Shown in pieces: positions 42,756 to 52,300 of a stretch of DNA of 64,000 bases. The notes under the pieces are model-generated. The model ran no database searches. It saw only the letters and a list, made by a program, of their open reading frames with translations, and was not told the origin of the DNA. The position numbers were made by a program, and so were the translations under genes. The DNA lies in the IMG/VR virus record IMGVR_UViG_3300008108_000013; one strand, 5' to 3'. Source of the DNA: a virus (lineage: Duplodnaviria > Heunggongvirae > Uroviricota > Caudoviricetes). Each line of letters starts with the position of its first letter. The stretch's first letter is position 1.

Positions 42756-42762
42756 GTAAATA
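42756..42762 (+). promoter_or_regulatory. Late promoter variant (GTAAATA) for the head operon
   Basis: TAAATA core upstream of an AGGAG SD and ATG 42801. Confidence 0.5.
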
Positions 42763-42800
42763 TAATACAGCCTTGTCATCATATCACAGGAGATTAAAAC

Positions 42801-43652
42801 ATGACTGATCGTAAACAATTTGAAGCCATGCTAGAGGCTTTGATCAACGAAGATCAAGAAACAGCAAAGGACATTTTCCATAATATCGTAGTTGCAAAAA
42901 GCCGCGAAATTTATGAAGAGCTATTAAGCGAAGACTTTGATTTAGAAGAAGCTAAAGACGAAGACGAAGAAGAAGCAAAACGTAAAAAAGACCAAGAAGA
43001 AGTAGATGAGTCTTTTGACGAAGCAGCCGACGACGAAGCCGATATGGGCGACGAAGAAGGTGAGGAAGGGGATGAAGGCGATGTAGGTGGCGATGCTACT
43101 GACGATTTAGTCGGTGACGTTTCCGATGATGCTGGATCCGAAGAAGGCGACATGAGCGATGAAGAACAATCAGATCGTATTCTTGACCTAGAAGATGCTT
43201 TAGAAGAATTAAAAGCAGAATTTGAACAACTAATGGCAGGCGAAGGCGAACCAGAAGGCGACATGGGTGCTGATATAGGTGCTGACATGGGCGGCGATAA
43301 CATGGACGACATGCTTGCTAAAGAAATGGGTGCTATGCCAGTAATGGAATACAAGCACAAAGTAACAGCAAAAATGGGTGACAACGGTGCAAACGCCAAG
43401 TCAGTCGTAGCTGGTAAGAACGATATGGGCGGTACAACTGCTAATATCGCAAAGGGCGGTACAGAGCCTGACAGTTCTAGTACAAAAGGTGGTTTACTAA
43501 ATCCTTCTACTAAAGAAGATAACGCAGGTAACGTAAATGTTCCAGGCGGAAATAAAGTAAAACTAAGCCCAGTTAGCGGTGGTCACGGTGCTGAGAAAAA
43601 AGGCAAAGGTGAATCTGCTGATAACAAGAAGTCGATCATTGGTGGCAAGTAA
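42801..43652 (+). CDS. Highly acidic prohead core/scaffold-like protein (283 aa)
   Basis: D/E-rich low-complexity middle and a basic Gly-rich tail; directly upstream of the prohead protease. Confidence 0.6.
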   Translation: MTDRKQFEAMLEALINEDQETAKDIFHNIVVAKSREIYEELLSEDFDLEEAKDEDEEEAKRKKDQEEVDESFDEAADDEADMGDEEGEEGDEGDVGGDATDDLVGDVSDDAGSEEGDMSDEEQSDRILDLEDALEELKAEFEQLMAGEGEPEGDMGADIGADMGGDNMDDMLAKEMGAMPVMEYKHKVTAKMGDNGANAKSVVAGKNDMGGTTANIAKGGTEPDSSSTKGGLLNPSTKEDNAGNVNVPGGNKVKLSPVSGGHGAEKKGKGESADNKKSIIGGK

Positions 43653-43656
43653 TTAG

Positions 43657-44283
43657 ATGTTATACCTCCGAGAAAACCTGAGCTTTGATCAAGCTAAAAT
43701 CGTCGTTGAATCTGACGACAAAGAGGGTAAAAACTTATACATGTCCGGAATTTGTATTCAGGGCGGTATAAGAAACGCTAACCAGCGTGTTTATCCTGTG
43801 GGCGAAATTGGCAGGGCTGTCAAAACCCTTAACGATCAGATTCAGAACGGTTACTCAGTTCTTGGAGAAGTAGATCACCCTGATGATTTAAAAATTAATT
43901 TGGATCGTGTATCGCATATGATAGTTAATATGTGGATGGACGGTCCAAATGGTTACGGTAAGTTGAAGATATTACCTACACCAATGGGACAACTAATTCG
44001 CACCATGCTTGAAAGTGGTGTGAAATTAGGCGTAAGTAGTCGCGGATCCGGAAACGTCAAACCAGACGGTTCCGGTGAAGTATCGGATTTTGAGATTATC
44101 ACTGTAGATATGGTAGCTCAACCTAGTGCCCCCGGAGCATACCCCACACCAATTTATGAACACCTGATGAACAGTCGCGGTGGTTATAGTGCTTTCCGTA
44201 TAGCGGAAGAGGTGCGTGGCGATCCTAAAGCACAACAATATCTCAAAGAGAGCCTATTAGGAATAATAGGCAAACTCCAATAA
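43657..44283 (+). CDS. gp21: Prohead protease, T4 gp21-like (208 aa)
   Basis: N.NQRVYP, LGEVDHP, VSH, LGVSSRGSG and DMVAQPSAPGAY motifs. Confidence 0.95.
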   Translation: MLYLRENLSFDQAKIVVESDDKEGKNLYMSGICIQGGIRNANQRVYPVGEIGRAVKTLNDQIQNGYSVLGEVDHPDDLKINLDRVSHMIVNMWMDGPNGYGKLKILPTPMGQLIRTMLESGVKLGVSSRGSGNVKPDGSGEVSDFEIITVDMVAQPSAPGAYPTPIYEHLMNSRGGYSAFRIAEEVRGDPKAQQYLKESLLGIIGKLQ

Positions 44284-44296
44284 CAAGGAGAATCAC

Positions 44297-45394
44297 ATGT
44301 TGGATGCACTAAAAACTTTATTTGAAAACAATGTGATTTCTGAGGAGATCAAGCAGTCAATTGAGCAGGCTTGGGAAGCGAGAATCACTGAGAATCGCGA
44401 ACAAGTTTCTGCACAACTACGCGAAGAGTTTGCACAAAAATACGAACACGACAAAGAAACTATGATTGAAGCTGTTGATCGCATGATCACAGATCGTCTA
44501 TCAGAAGAACTTGTTGAGTTTGCCGACGATCGTAAGCAATTAGCTGAGATGAAGGCAAAGTATGCTGTCAAGATGAAAGCAGATAGTAACCTAATGAAGG
44601 AATTCGTTACACGTCAACTGTCAGCAGAAGTCAAAGAATTACACGAAGATCAAGTCGTAATGGCTGATAAATTCGGTAAACTAGAACAATTCGTTGTAGA
44701 GGCTCTAGCTCAAGAAATTACAGAGTTTTACAAAGATAAGCAAGACTTGGCTGAAACCAAGGTTCGTTTAGTTCGCGAAGGTCGCGAACAACTCGCTAAA
44801 GTTAAGCAACAGTTTGTAGAGCGTGCCGCTAAGATGGTTGAATCAGTAGTAACAGAGAACCTACGTTCTGAAATTACTTCACTGAAGGAAGACATCGAAG
44901 CCGCTCGTCGCGCAGATTTTGGACGTAAGTTATTCGAAGCTTTTGCTTCTGAATATCAGTCTAGCTACTTAAACGAGAAATCAGAAACTGCTAAATTACT
45001 CAAGGTCATAGACACGAAAGATCTAGCTGTCCAAGAAGCTGCCAAAGCTATCGAGGAAGCTCAACAGATAGTAGAAAGTAAAGAAGCAGAAATTGCGGCT
45101 TTGAAAGAAGCTCAAGAACGCAAAGAAATCATGAGTGAGTTGCTTGCTCCGTTAAATTCAGAGCAACGCGAAATCATGGGTGAGTTAATGGAGAGCGTGA
45201 AAACCTCTAAACTCAACGAGAGTTTTGAGAAGTATCTACCAGCAGTTATTGCCGGTAAAGCTCCGCAGAAGAAACAGGCACTTGTAGAGGCTAAAGAAAT
45301 TACAGGTAATAAAGAGATTACCAACGCAAATCGTAGCGGCGAGAACGATTCAAACATTGTTGATATTCGTCGTCTCGCTGGACTAAAAATTTAA
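44297..45394 (+). CDS. gp22: Prohead scaffold protein, gp22-like (365 aa)
   Basis: Long E/K-rich coiled coil between the protease and the major capsid gene. Confidence 0.8.
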   Translation: MLDALKTLFENNVISEEIKQSIEQAWEARITENREQVSAQLREEFAQKYEHDKETMIEAVDRMITDRLSEELVEFADDRKQLAEMKAKYAVKMKADSNLMKEFVTRQLSAEVKELHEDQVVMADKFGKLEQFVVEALAQEITEFYKDKQDLAETKVRLVREGREQLAKVKQQFVERAAKMVESVVTENLRSEITSLKEDIEAARRADFGRKLFEAFASEYQSSYLNEKSETAKLLKVIDTKDLAVQEAAKAIEEAQQIVESKEAEIAALKEAQERKEIMSELLAPLNSEQREIMGELMESVKTSKLNESFEKYLPAVIAGKAPQKKQALVEAKEITGNKEITNANRSGENDSNIVDIRRLAGLKI

Positions 45395-45405
45395 GGAGAA
45401 ATTAA

Positions 45406-46572
45406 ATGTCTGAACTACTAAACGGCCGTTGGGCGGAAACCAAAGAGGCTCTATTAGAAGGCCTACAAGGTACCAAGCGTAGCGTAATGGGAGTTACTTT
45501 AGAGAATACTCGCAAGTATCTTTCAGAATCAGCTACAGCAGGTTCTACTTCTGCCGGCAACGTTGCAACCCTAAACCGCGTGATCCTCCCAGTGATCCGT
45601 CGTGTTATGCCAACCGTTATTGCTAACGAGTTGGTTGGCGTACAGCCAATGACTGGACCAGTGGGTCAAATCCATACTTTACGTGTTCGTTACGCTGAAA
45701 CTGATTCTTCAGGTTCTGTAACAGTAACAGCAGGTGAAGAGGCACTAAGCCCATTCAAGATTGCTGAATCTTATTCAGGTGCTACAACAGGTCGTGCTGC
45801 CTCAACAGCTAGCCTAGAAGGTGCCGCTGGTAAGAAGATGAGCATTCAAATCCTCAAGCAAACAGTTGAAGCTAAGACACGTAAGTTATCAGCTCGCTGG
45901 ACATTTGAGGCTGCTCAAGATGCACAAGCTCAACAAGGCATTGACATCGAAGCAGAAATCATGGCTGCTCTAGCACAAGAAATTACAGCTGAAATTGATC
46001 AAGAGATTCTAAATTCTCTATACAGTTTAGCTGGCTCAGCAGTTGAAGCTTTCGACCAGAACGCAGTTTCAGGTACAGCTACATTCGTTGGTGACGAGCA
46101 TGCCGCATTGGCTGTTCAGATCAATCGTGTTAGCAACTTGATCGCTCAGCGTACACGTCGTGGTGCTGGTAACTGGGCAGTTGTTAGCCCATACGCATTG
46201 ACTGTTCTACAGTCTGCTACTACTTCAGCATTTGCACGTACAACTGAAGGCACATTTGAAGCACCTACAAACACTAAGTTTGTTGGTACATTAAACAACG
46301 CTATGAAGGTTTATGTAAACACATACGCTGGCGACAGCACAGACGTATTAGTTGGTTACAAAGGTTCAAGCGAGAGTGATGCGGCTGCATTCTACTGCCC
46401 ATACATTCCTCTAATGAGCTCTGGTGTTGTGTTAGATCCATCAACATTCGAACCAGTCGTATCATTCATGACACGTTATGGTTATGTTGAGCTAACAAAC
46501 ACAGCTTCATCTCTAGGTAACGCCGCTGACTACTTAGGTCGCGTAAGCCTAAGCAACGTTTCTTTCAAGTAA
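45406..46572 (+). CDS. gp23: Major capsid protein, T4 gp23-like (388 aa)
   Basis: IRRVMP..IA.ELVGVQPMTGPVGQI, VEAKTRKL.ARWT.E.AQD, FYCPYIPL and F.TRYG motifs. Confidence 0.97.
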   Translation: MSELLNGRWAETKEALLEGLQGTKRSVMGVTLENTRKYLSESATAGSTSAGNVATLNRVILPVIRRVMPTVIANELVGVQPMTGPVGQIHTLRVRYAETDSSGSVTVTAGEEALSPFKIAESYSGATTGRAASTASLEGAAGKKMSIQILKQTVEAKTRKLSARWTFEAAQDAQAQQGIDIEAEIMAALAQEITAEIDQEILNSLYSLAGSAVEAFDQNAVSGTATFVGDEHAALAVQINRVSNLIAQRTRRGAGNWAVVSPYALTVLQSATTSAFARTTEGTFEAPTNTKFVGTLNNAMKVYVNTYAGDSTDVLVGYKGSSESDAAAFYCPYIPLMSSGVVLDPSTFEPVVSFMTRYGYVELTNTASSLGNAADYLGRVSLSNVSFK

Positions 46573-46600
46573 TCCGTTACTTAAAGAACTATGCAAGATT

Positions 46601-46626
46601 AGCCCACTTCGGTGGGCTTTCTCTTG
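46601..46626 (+). terminator. Rho-independent terminator after the major capsid gene
   Basis: AGCCCAC-TTCG-GTGGGCT followed by TTCTCTT. An extra hairpin AAGTAA-TCCG-TTACTT covers the stop codon. Confidence 0.85.
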
Positions 46627-46631
46627 ATCAG

Positions 46632-46720
46632 CTAAATAATAATGTCTAATATGAGCTTGCCTTGTAGCAAGACTTATGCAGAATCCCTCTGCGTAGACCT
46701 AGAACGTCATATTTAAGGAG
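46632..46720 (+). promoter_or_regulatory. Late promoter (CTAAATA) plus structured 5' leader
   Basis: Three-way junction: GTCTA/TAGAC, ATGAGCTTGC/GCAAG-A-CTTAT and GCAGA/TCTGC, followed by AAGGAG. Confidence 0.6.
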
Positions 46721-46727
46721 AAAACAA

Positions 46728-47453
46728 ATGGGACGTCCATTAAACAAAAAATATTTTGCCAATACAAACTATCAAGATTTTGGCACAGCAAATGTTGGTG
46801 GCGAAAGCGTTGCCAGCGTAACCGCACCAGCAGGTACACTAGCTGATTTAGAAACAGGAACATTTACAATTCCTGCGGCAAGTATTACTGCCCCAGACAT
46901 CACCGGCGGCGCAAAGCCAGTTTTACAAGTAGTTGTAACCGGTGCAACAACATATACAGTAAGTGTTGTATCAGCAGGTTCAGGATATACAAGTGCTCCA
47001 ACAATTACATTTAACGGCAGTATTACAGGCGGATCTGCTTCAGGTAGTTCTACACCAGTAGCAACACTAACATCTAGTACATCTGCTCGTCAGAACGGTA
47101 TTAAGTGTGAAACACAATACGGTTCAGGCGACAGCGAAATTACTACCGGCGACATTATTAAACAAGAAAGTTCTAAGCGTTATAAAGTTCAAACATCTCA
47201 AGGTACTGGTTTCTTTACACTAGTAACAACTGAATCTAAATCAGCCGGCGAAATGTCAATTATGGCAACTGACAGCGCAGGCGGCACATACCTTGTTAAG
47301 AAATTAACTGCTCGTAAAGCAGTTCTAGTTCCAACAGCAAATGCACACGGCGGATCAAGTTCAGCAGGAACACAGTTTGCCAGCGGCACAACTGCTAAAT
47401 GGACATTTGGTTCAGCTGTTTTAGATACAACTGTAACTATTGCTAACCAGTAA
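46728..47453 (+). CDS. Virion structural protein, possible head decoration (241 aa)
   Basis: Thr/Ser/Gly-rich with an AGSGYTSAPTITF motif; directly after the major capsid gene, with a strong SD. Confidence 0.55.
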   Translation: MGRPLNKKYFANTNYQDFGTANVGGESVASVTAPAGTLADLETGTFTIPAASITAPDITGGAKPVLQVVVTGATTYTVSVVSAGSGYTSAPTITFNGSITGGSASGSSTPVATLTSSTSARQNGIKCETQYGSGDSEITTGDIIKQESSKRYKVQTSQGTGFFTLVTTESKSAGEMSIMATDSAGGTYLVKKLTARKAVLVPTANAHGGSSSAGTQFASGTTAKWTFGSAVLDTTVTIANQ

Positions 47454-47462
47454 TTAACAAAC

Positions 47463-47478
47463 GGGGGCTACGGCCCCC
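47463..47478. terminator. GC-rich cUACGg hairpin (terminator or mRNA-stabilising)
   Basis: GGGGGC-TACG-GCCCCC; no + strand U-tract. Confidence 0.5.
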
Positions 47479-47492
47479 ACTAAGGATTTAGA

Positions 47493-48503
47493 ATGTCTAG
47501 AATATTAAGAGTTAGTCAAAGCGACTACAGGATTAAAGTAAAAGATGAAGGTACTATTACATTAGATACCGGAGTCGATGTGGGTCTTGTTGTTATAACA
47601 GGAGACCTAGAAGTTCGCGGAGAAACTACAACTGTTAATACTACTAATCTAGACATTGAAGATAATATTATATTTCTAAACAAAGGTGAAAGTCCTAGTC
47701 ATGCAGGAGTAACTGAAGATGTATCAGGTTTAGAAATTGATCGAGGTTCTCTAGATAATGCTCAGTTTGTCTGGGACGAAAATAGAGGAACAGATGGAAT
47801 GTTTGCTGTTCAAACTATAACAACAAGTGGAACAGCAACTTTATCACCAGTGGCAGCAAGTGAATATACTGCCGAAGTCGGTGAAAATATAAAATTTAAT
47901 CTTGAAGATCCTGCAACTCCGGGTTCGTGGAGCGGTGCGTTTCTTGAACTAACTAATACAGATGCTACTAGCTATTCAAATGCCTTAGAAGCTGATACTT
48001 TATTGCCAACTCCGCTAGGCGATAATTGGATACCAAATAGAAAATTTGTCACAGATTATGTATTAGCCTACGATGGTATAGCAATAGTAGATAGGATATT
48101 TTATCCGGTAGATCAACCAACCGATCCGGATACTCAAATTCAAGCATTTGAAACATCTCTAAGATTTAGTATTAAATCAGGCGGAACACTAAATCAAAGA
48201 GCTCAGATAACCAGCGCCGGATTAGACGTTGATGATATTAGAATATCTAACGATACTGTACAAACAACTGGTACAGAAAATTTAATTTTAACTGCACTAA
48301 ACAAAAATGTTGACGTTGACGCTGTGCTTAACTTAACAGATCAGCCAGATCCTGCAGGTCCTACCGGCGGCAGAACGTTAATTTATTCAAAATCAGCAGT
48401 AACTACTACACCGGGAGATAGTGGTATATACTTTACTAATAATGTAAGCACCGATGAGCTAGTGGCTAAGAATAGAGCATTACTGTTTAGTATGTTATTT
48501 TAA
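47493..48503 (+). CDS. Virion structural protein (336 aa)
   Basis: GDLEVRGETTTVNTTNLDIEDNII.LNK motif shared with 888..2576. Confidence 0.6.
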   Translation: MSRILRVSQSDYRIKVKDEGTITLDTGVDVGLVVITGDLEVRGETTTVNTTNLDIEDNIIFLNKGESPSHAGVTEDVSGLEIDRGSLDNAQFVWDENRGTDGMFAVQTITTSGTATLSPVAASEYTAEVGENIKFNLEDPATPGSWSGAFLELTNTDATSYSNALEADTLLPTPLGDNWIPNRKFVTDYVLAYDGIAIVDRIFYPVDQPTDPDTQIQAFETSLRFSIKSGGTLNQRAQITSAGLDVDDIRISNDTVQTTGTENLILTALNKNVDVDAVLNLTDQPDPAGPTGGRTLIYSKSAVTTTPGDSGIYFTNNVSTDELVAKNRALLFSMLF

Positions 48504-48512
48504 GGAACAAAC

Positions 48513-48818
48513 ATGGCAATATACAATACAGCAATTTTAACTTCAGACACTACACTAGTATCGGGATCAGGAAATCGTGCGATAACAACGGTTATTGTAT
48601 GTAATACTGGAACAGTAGATAGAGAATTAACAATGTATGCAGTTCCAAGCGGAGGATCAGTAGGGACAACATCTATGATCGTTAATGCACTATCTGTTCC
48701 AGCCGGAGATACAGTTAGTTTTGATCAAGAAAAAATGGTGTTAGGTACTGGAGACAATTTAGTAGCAAGTGCAGACGGTACAGGATTATCAGCTACAGTT
48801 AGTACATTGGCGGTATAA
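48513..48818 (+). CDS. Small beta-rich virion protein (101 aa), paralog of 58257..58598
   Basis: Shared VP...(S/T)...EK(M/L)VL..G pattern. Confidence 0.6.
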   Translation: MAIYNTAILTSDTTLVSGSGNRAITTVIVCNTGTVDRELTMYAVPSGGSVGTTSMIVNALSVPAGDTVSFDQEKMVLGTGDNLVASADGTGLSATVSTLAV

Positions 48819-48820
48819 TA

Positions 48821-49372
48821 ATGAGATTTTTGAAAACACTAAGTCTAAATCGTAGAACAATATACGATGATCGCCTTGCTGTAGAAACAGACAATGCAGT
48901 TGTCATGCGTACTACGAATAATTTACTAATACCCAAAGGCAGCGACGCAGATAGACCATCTAGCCCCACCGTAGGCATGATAAGATATAATACAGACAGT
49001 AATGAAGTAGAAATCTATCAAGGGACCGGCGGCAATGCTACCTGGCGGAGTTTTAGATTTAAAGAAGCTACACAAATAACCAAAGAAACTTATATCGGCG
49101 ATGGAGTTAAGGCTGTATTTGGTCCATTAAGTGTACAACCCCCTACCGTAGTTGAAGACGGTGCAACATGGACCGGGTTAAATCTTATCGTCATTGTAGG
49201 CAATGTCTTCCAAGTGTGGGATACTAACTATGAAATATTACTAGGCGAGGATATTACACCTACTGCCGGCGATCCAGGACCGTTTACTACCGGTCAATAT
49301 TATATTAAATTTACCTCATCAAGCCCGACTGGATTAACACCTATCGTTATCATACGCGGCTTTGATCAATAA
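48821..49372 (+). CDS. Virion structural protein (183 aa)
   Basis: IPKGSDADRP...GMIRYNTD...E.Y.G module, also present in the two large proteins downstream. Confidence 0.6.
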   Translation: MRFLKTLSLNRRTIYDDRLAVETDNAVVMRTTNNLLIPKGSDADRPSSPTVGMIRYNTDSNEVEIYQGTGGNATWRSFRFKEATQITKETYIGDGVKAVFGPLSVQPPTVVEDGATWTGLNLIVIVGNVFQVWDTNYEILLGEDITPTAGDPGPFTTGQYYIKFTSSSPTGLTPIVIIRGFDQ

Positions 49373-49383
49373 AGGAGCTTTCG

Positions 49384-52300
49384 ATGAGTGAGCTTGGAAG
49401 AATCAGCGGGCCGCTACTAAAAGCAAATTTAGAAAGACACGGCGTTGACCTAGCATTTGAAACTGATTTAATCTATCTGTCAGTTGTTGCCGAAGACGAA
49501 GGTACAAAACAGGTAGGTATTGGTATCACGACCGATGCTCCCCAAAGAGAACTACATATCGGAAATGACATTGTTTCCGAGCATAGAAAACTTCAAACTA
49601 CTAACTTAATCGTAGACAACGGCGCAGAACTAGCCGATTTATATCTCTCCGACAATAAAATACAAAATCTCTTAGACGAGATTATCATTTCTCCGAATCC
49701 GGGATCAACACCAACAGTTGAAACAACAAGAATCGGAACACTCAACTTAAGAATTAGTGACAAGCTGATCGAAAATATTACTAGTAACAGTGATATTAAT
49801 CTTAATCCTAACGGCACTGGCGAGGTTATTTTCAATACCAGTGAAGTTGATATCGACGGGAATATGCATGCCACCGGCGATATTACTTATGATGGTAATA
49901 TTATTTTTGGTAACAGTGACAGCGATAATGTTAGCTTTAATTCTGATGTTTCTAGCGACCTTATACCAAATATCGATGATACCTATAACTTAGGATCGGT
50001 TTCTAAACAATGGAAAACACTACATGTTACTGATCTTAAAGCAGATAATTTAGTAGTAGATAATCTAATAGTTAATGGCATTGACCTGCTGTTAACCCAA
50101 GGTAAAATTTGGTATGTTAGTGTAAATGGCAATGACACTAATACCGGCGATCATTTACATGATACATTCTTAACAATTAAACATGCGCTTAGTCAAGCAA
50201 CTGCCGGAGATGAGATATTAATATTTCCAGGTACATATCAAGAAGAGTGGCCTTTAGAAATTCCACAGGGCGTAACTGTAAAAGGTTCGGGTATTCGAGC
50301 AGTAACAGTAATACCTACTCTAGAAACAAATACTGAAAGCTGTTTTTTACTAAACGGAGAAACAACTGTAGAATTTTTAACAGTTAAAGATTTTTACAGT
50401 CCTGGATATGCCTTTGAATTAGCACCTGGTTATTCTAGTTCAACAAAAAGTCCTTACATTTATAACGTAACAGTTATAACACAAGAAACTCCAGGTTCGC
50501 CAATATCAATAATCCCCGGGCCAGCTCCTACAGGAGTTTCTTTAACTAGTAATAGTGTAACTTTAGATAAATCATTCTATAGCCAAGCTCTTGTAGATTC
50601 TTTAGTAGGTCAAACAGCAGTTATTGATAGATATCCACTTCAACCACTGTATTATACAGTAGTATCGATCGAAACAGAACCTTTATCTCCAACACAGTGG
50701 AGGATGACCGTAGATACGACATTTGCTCCAACCGGTCAGCTTAAACCTATCAGTTTTTATTCAAATGCAGATGCTATAGAAATAGTCACAAACGATATCT
50801 GGGATACAACAGGAAATTCGATTGGAGAAAAATGGGTAGCTTGGTACAAATATAATTTACCTATTAATTTTGAAACTACTGTACAACCCGGGTGGACTAT
50901 TAACGTAGCAGGAACATTATACATTGTTGATTACATAATTGAAGATCCGGTTAATACTACGCAATGGAGAATTTATGTTACTACATCTCTAGTAGGCGGT
51001 ACTGGTATTCCTATTTTTTCATCTCCAGTCGGTGATCCAATCATTGCCGGTGGAGGCGCCTTTATCGATGGAGGCGTAGCTAATTCTACAACTCAGCTAC
51101 CACCAACTGCATTATTCTTTTCAACCACATTTATAGTACCTGGTGGTCAAGGCCTAGTTGCTACTAACGGTGCTAGAATTGAGTGGTTAAATTCATTTAC
51201 TTACTTTGCTGAAACTGGTATTAGATTAGAAACTGGAACATTAGGTGTCGGTGGATCAGGAAATACTATAGTTACCCTTGGAGATATAACGGGAACGATA
51301 ACACCAGGTGATACATTTACATATTACGATCAGTCTGGTAGTACTATTTTAGCGACAGGTATTGTAGAGGCAGTAGACGGTAACATTATAACTTTAGATG
51401 GTTATGTTGGAAACTTAGATTTAATTAGCGAAATTACCGCAGGTACATTTACTCCGGTAGGTACTGCTAGATTAACACAATTAAATTATAAGTTTGAAAC
51501 AGCAAGTTTATATTTAGACGGTGCTAGCTATGTAACAGGATCTGACAATATTCAGTTTTCTCTCGACGACGGTGATTTTTGTCTAGAAGCGTGGTTATAT
51601 CCAACAGCATTTCCTACAACAGAATGTACACTTTTCTCACAATGGGGATTGACATCAGTTGAACAGGCATACAAAGTAACATTAACATCAACGGGTGGCA
51701 TTAAAGTTTATCTTAACGACGGATCTGCAACTGAACTAACTACTGGAATTGAGTATCTATTATCGGAATCCGGCGATATTATTACTGATGAATTAGGAAA
51801 TCCTATAATCAGCGAAGACGAAACTCTAATAACAGGCGCCTGGCAACACGTTGCAGTTGTTCGCTACAATGATGTGTTGAATATATATGTTGGCGGCATA
51901 AGCAAAGCATCTGTAAGTCTAGTTTCAGGTGCAGTTATCAATGACGGAACCGGTCCTTTTAACTTTGGACACACTACAGGTGACACAGAATACTATACCG
52001 GTTATATTGACGAATTTAGATTAAGTAGAAATAATGCAATATTCACTGGAGAATTTACACCTCCAACAGCGGAATATGCAACAGTTGACAGTACAACAGC
52101 AATATTAATGCACTTTGATGGAACTGAATCTAGCACGGTGTTTACTAACGTTAGCACTCCAATACAAAAGATAGTGCTCACAAGTGCAGTAGCTGATAGA
52201 ATCACAGGTCTAGACTATAAAGCCTTTGCCGCAGAAATGCGTAGTATAAACTCTGCAAACGTTTACGGAACATACGGTGCTGTCGCTGAAGGCCGAGATA

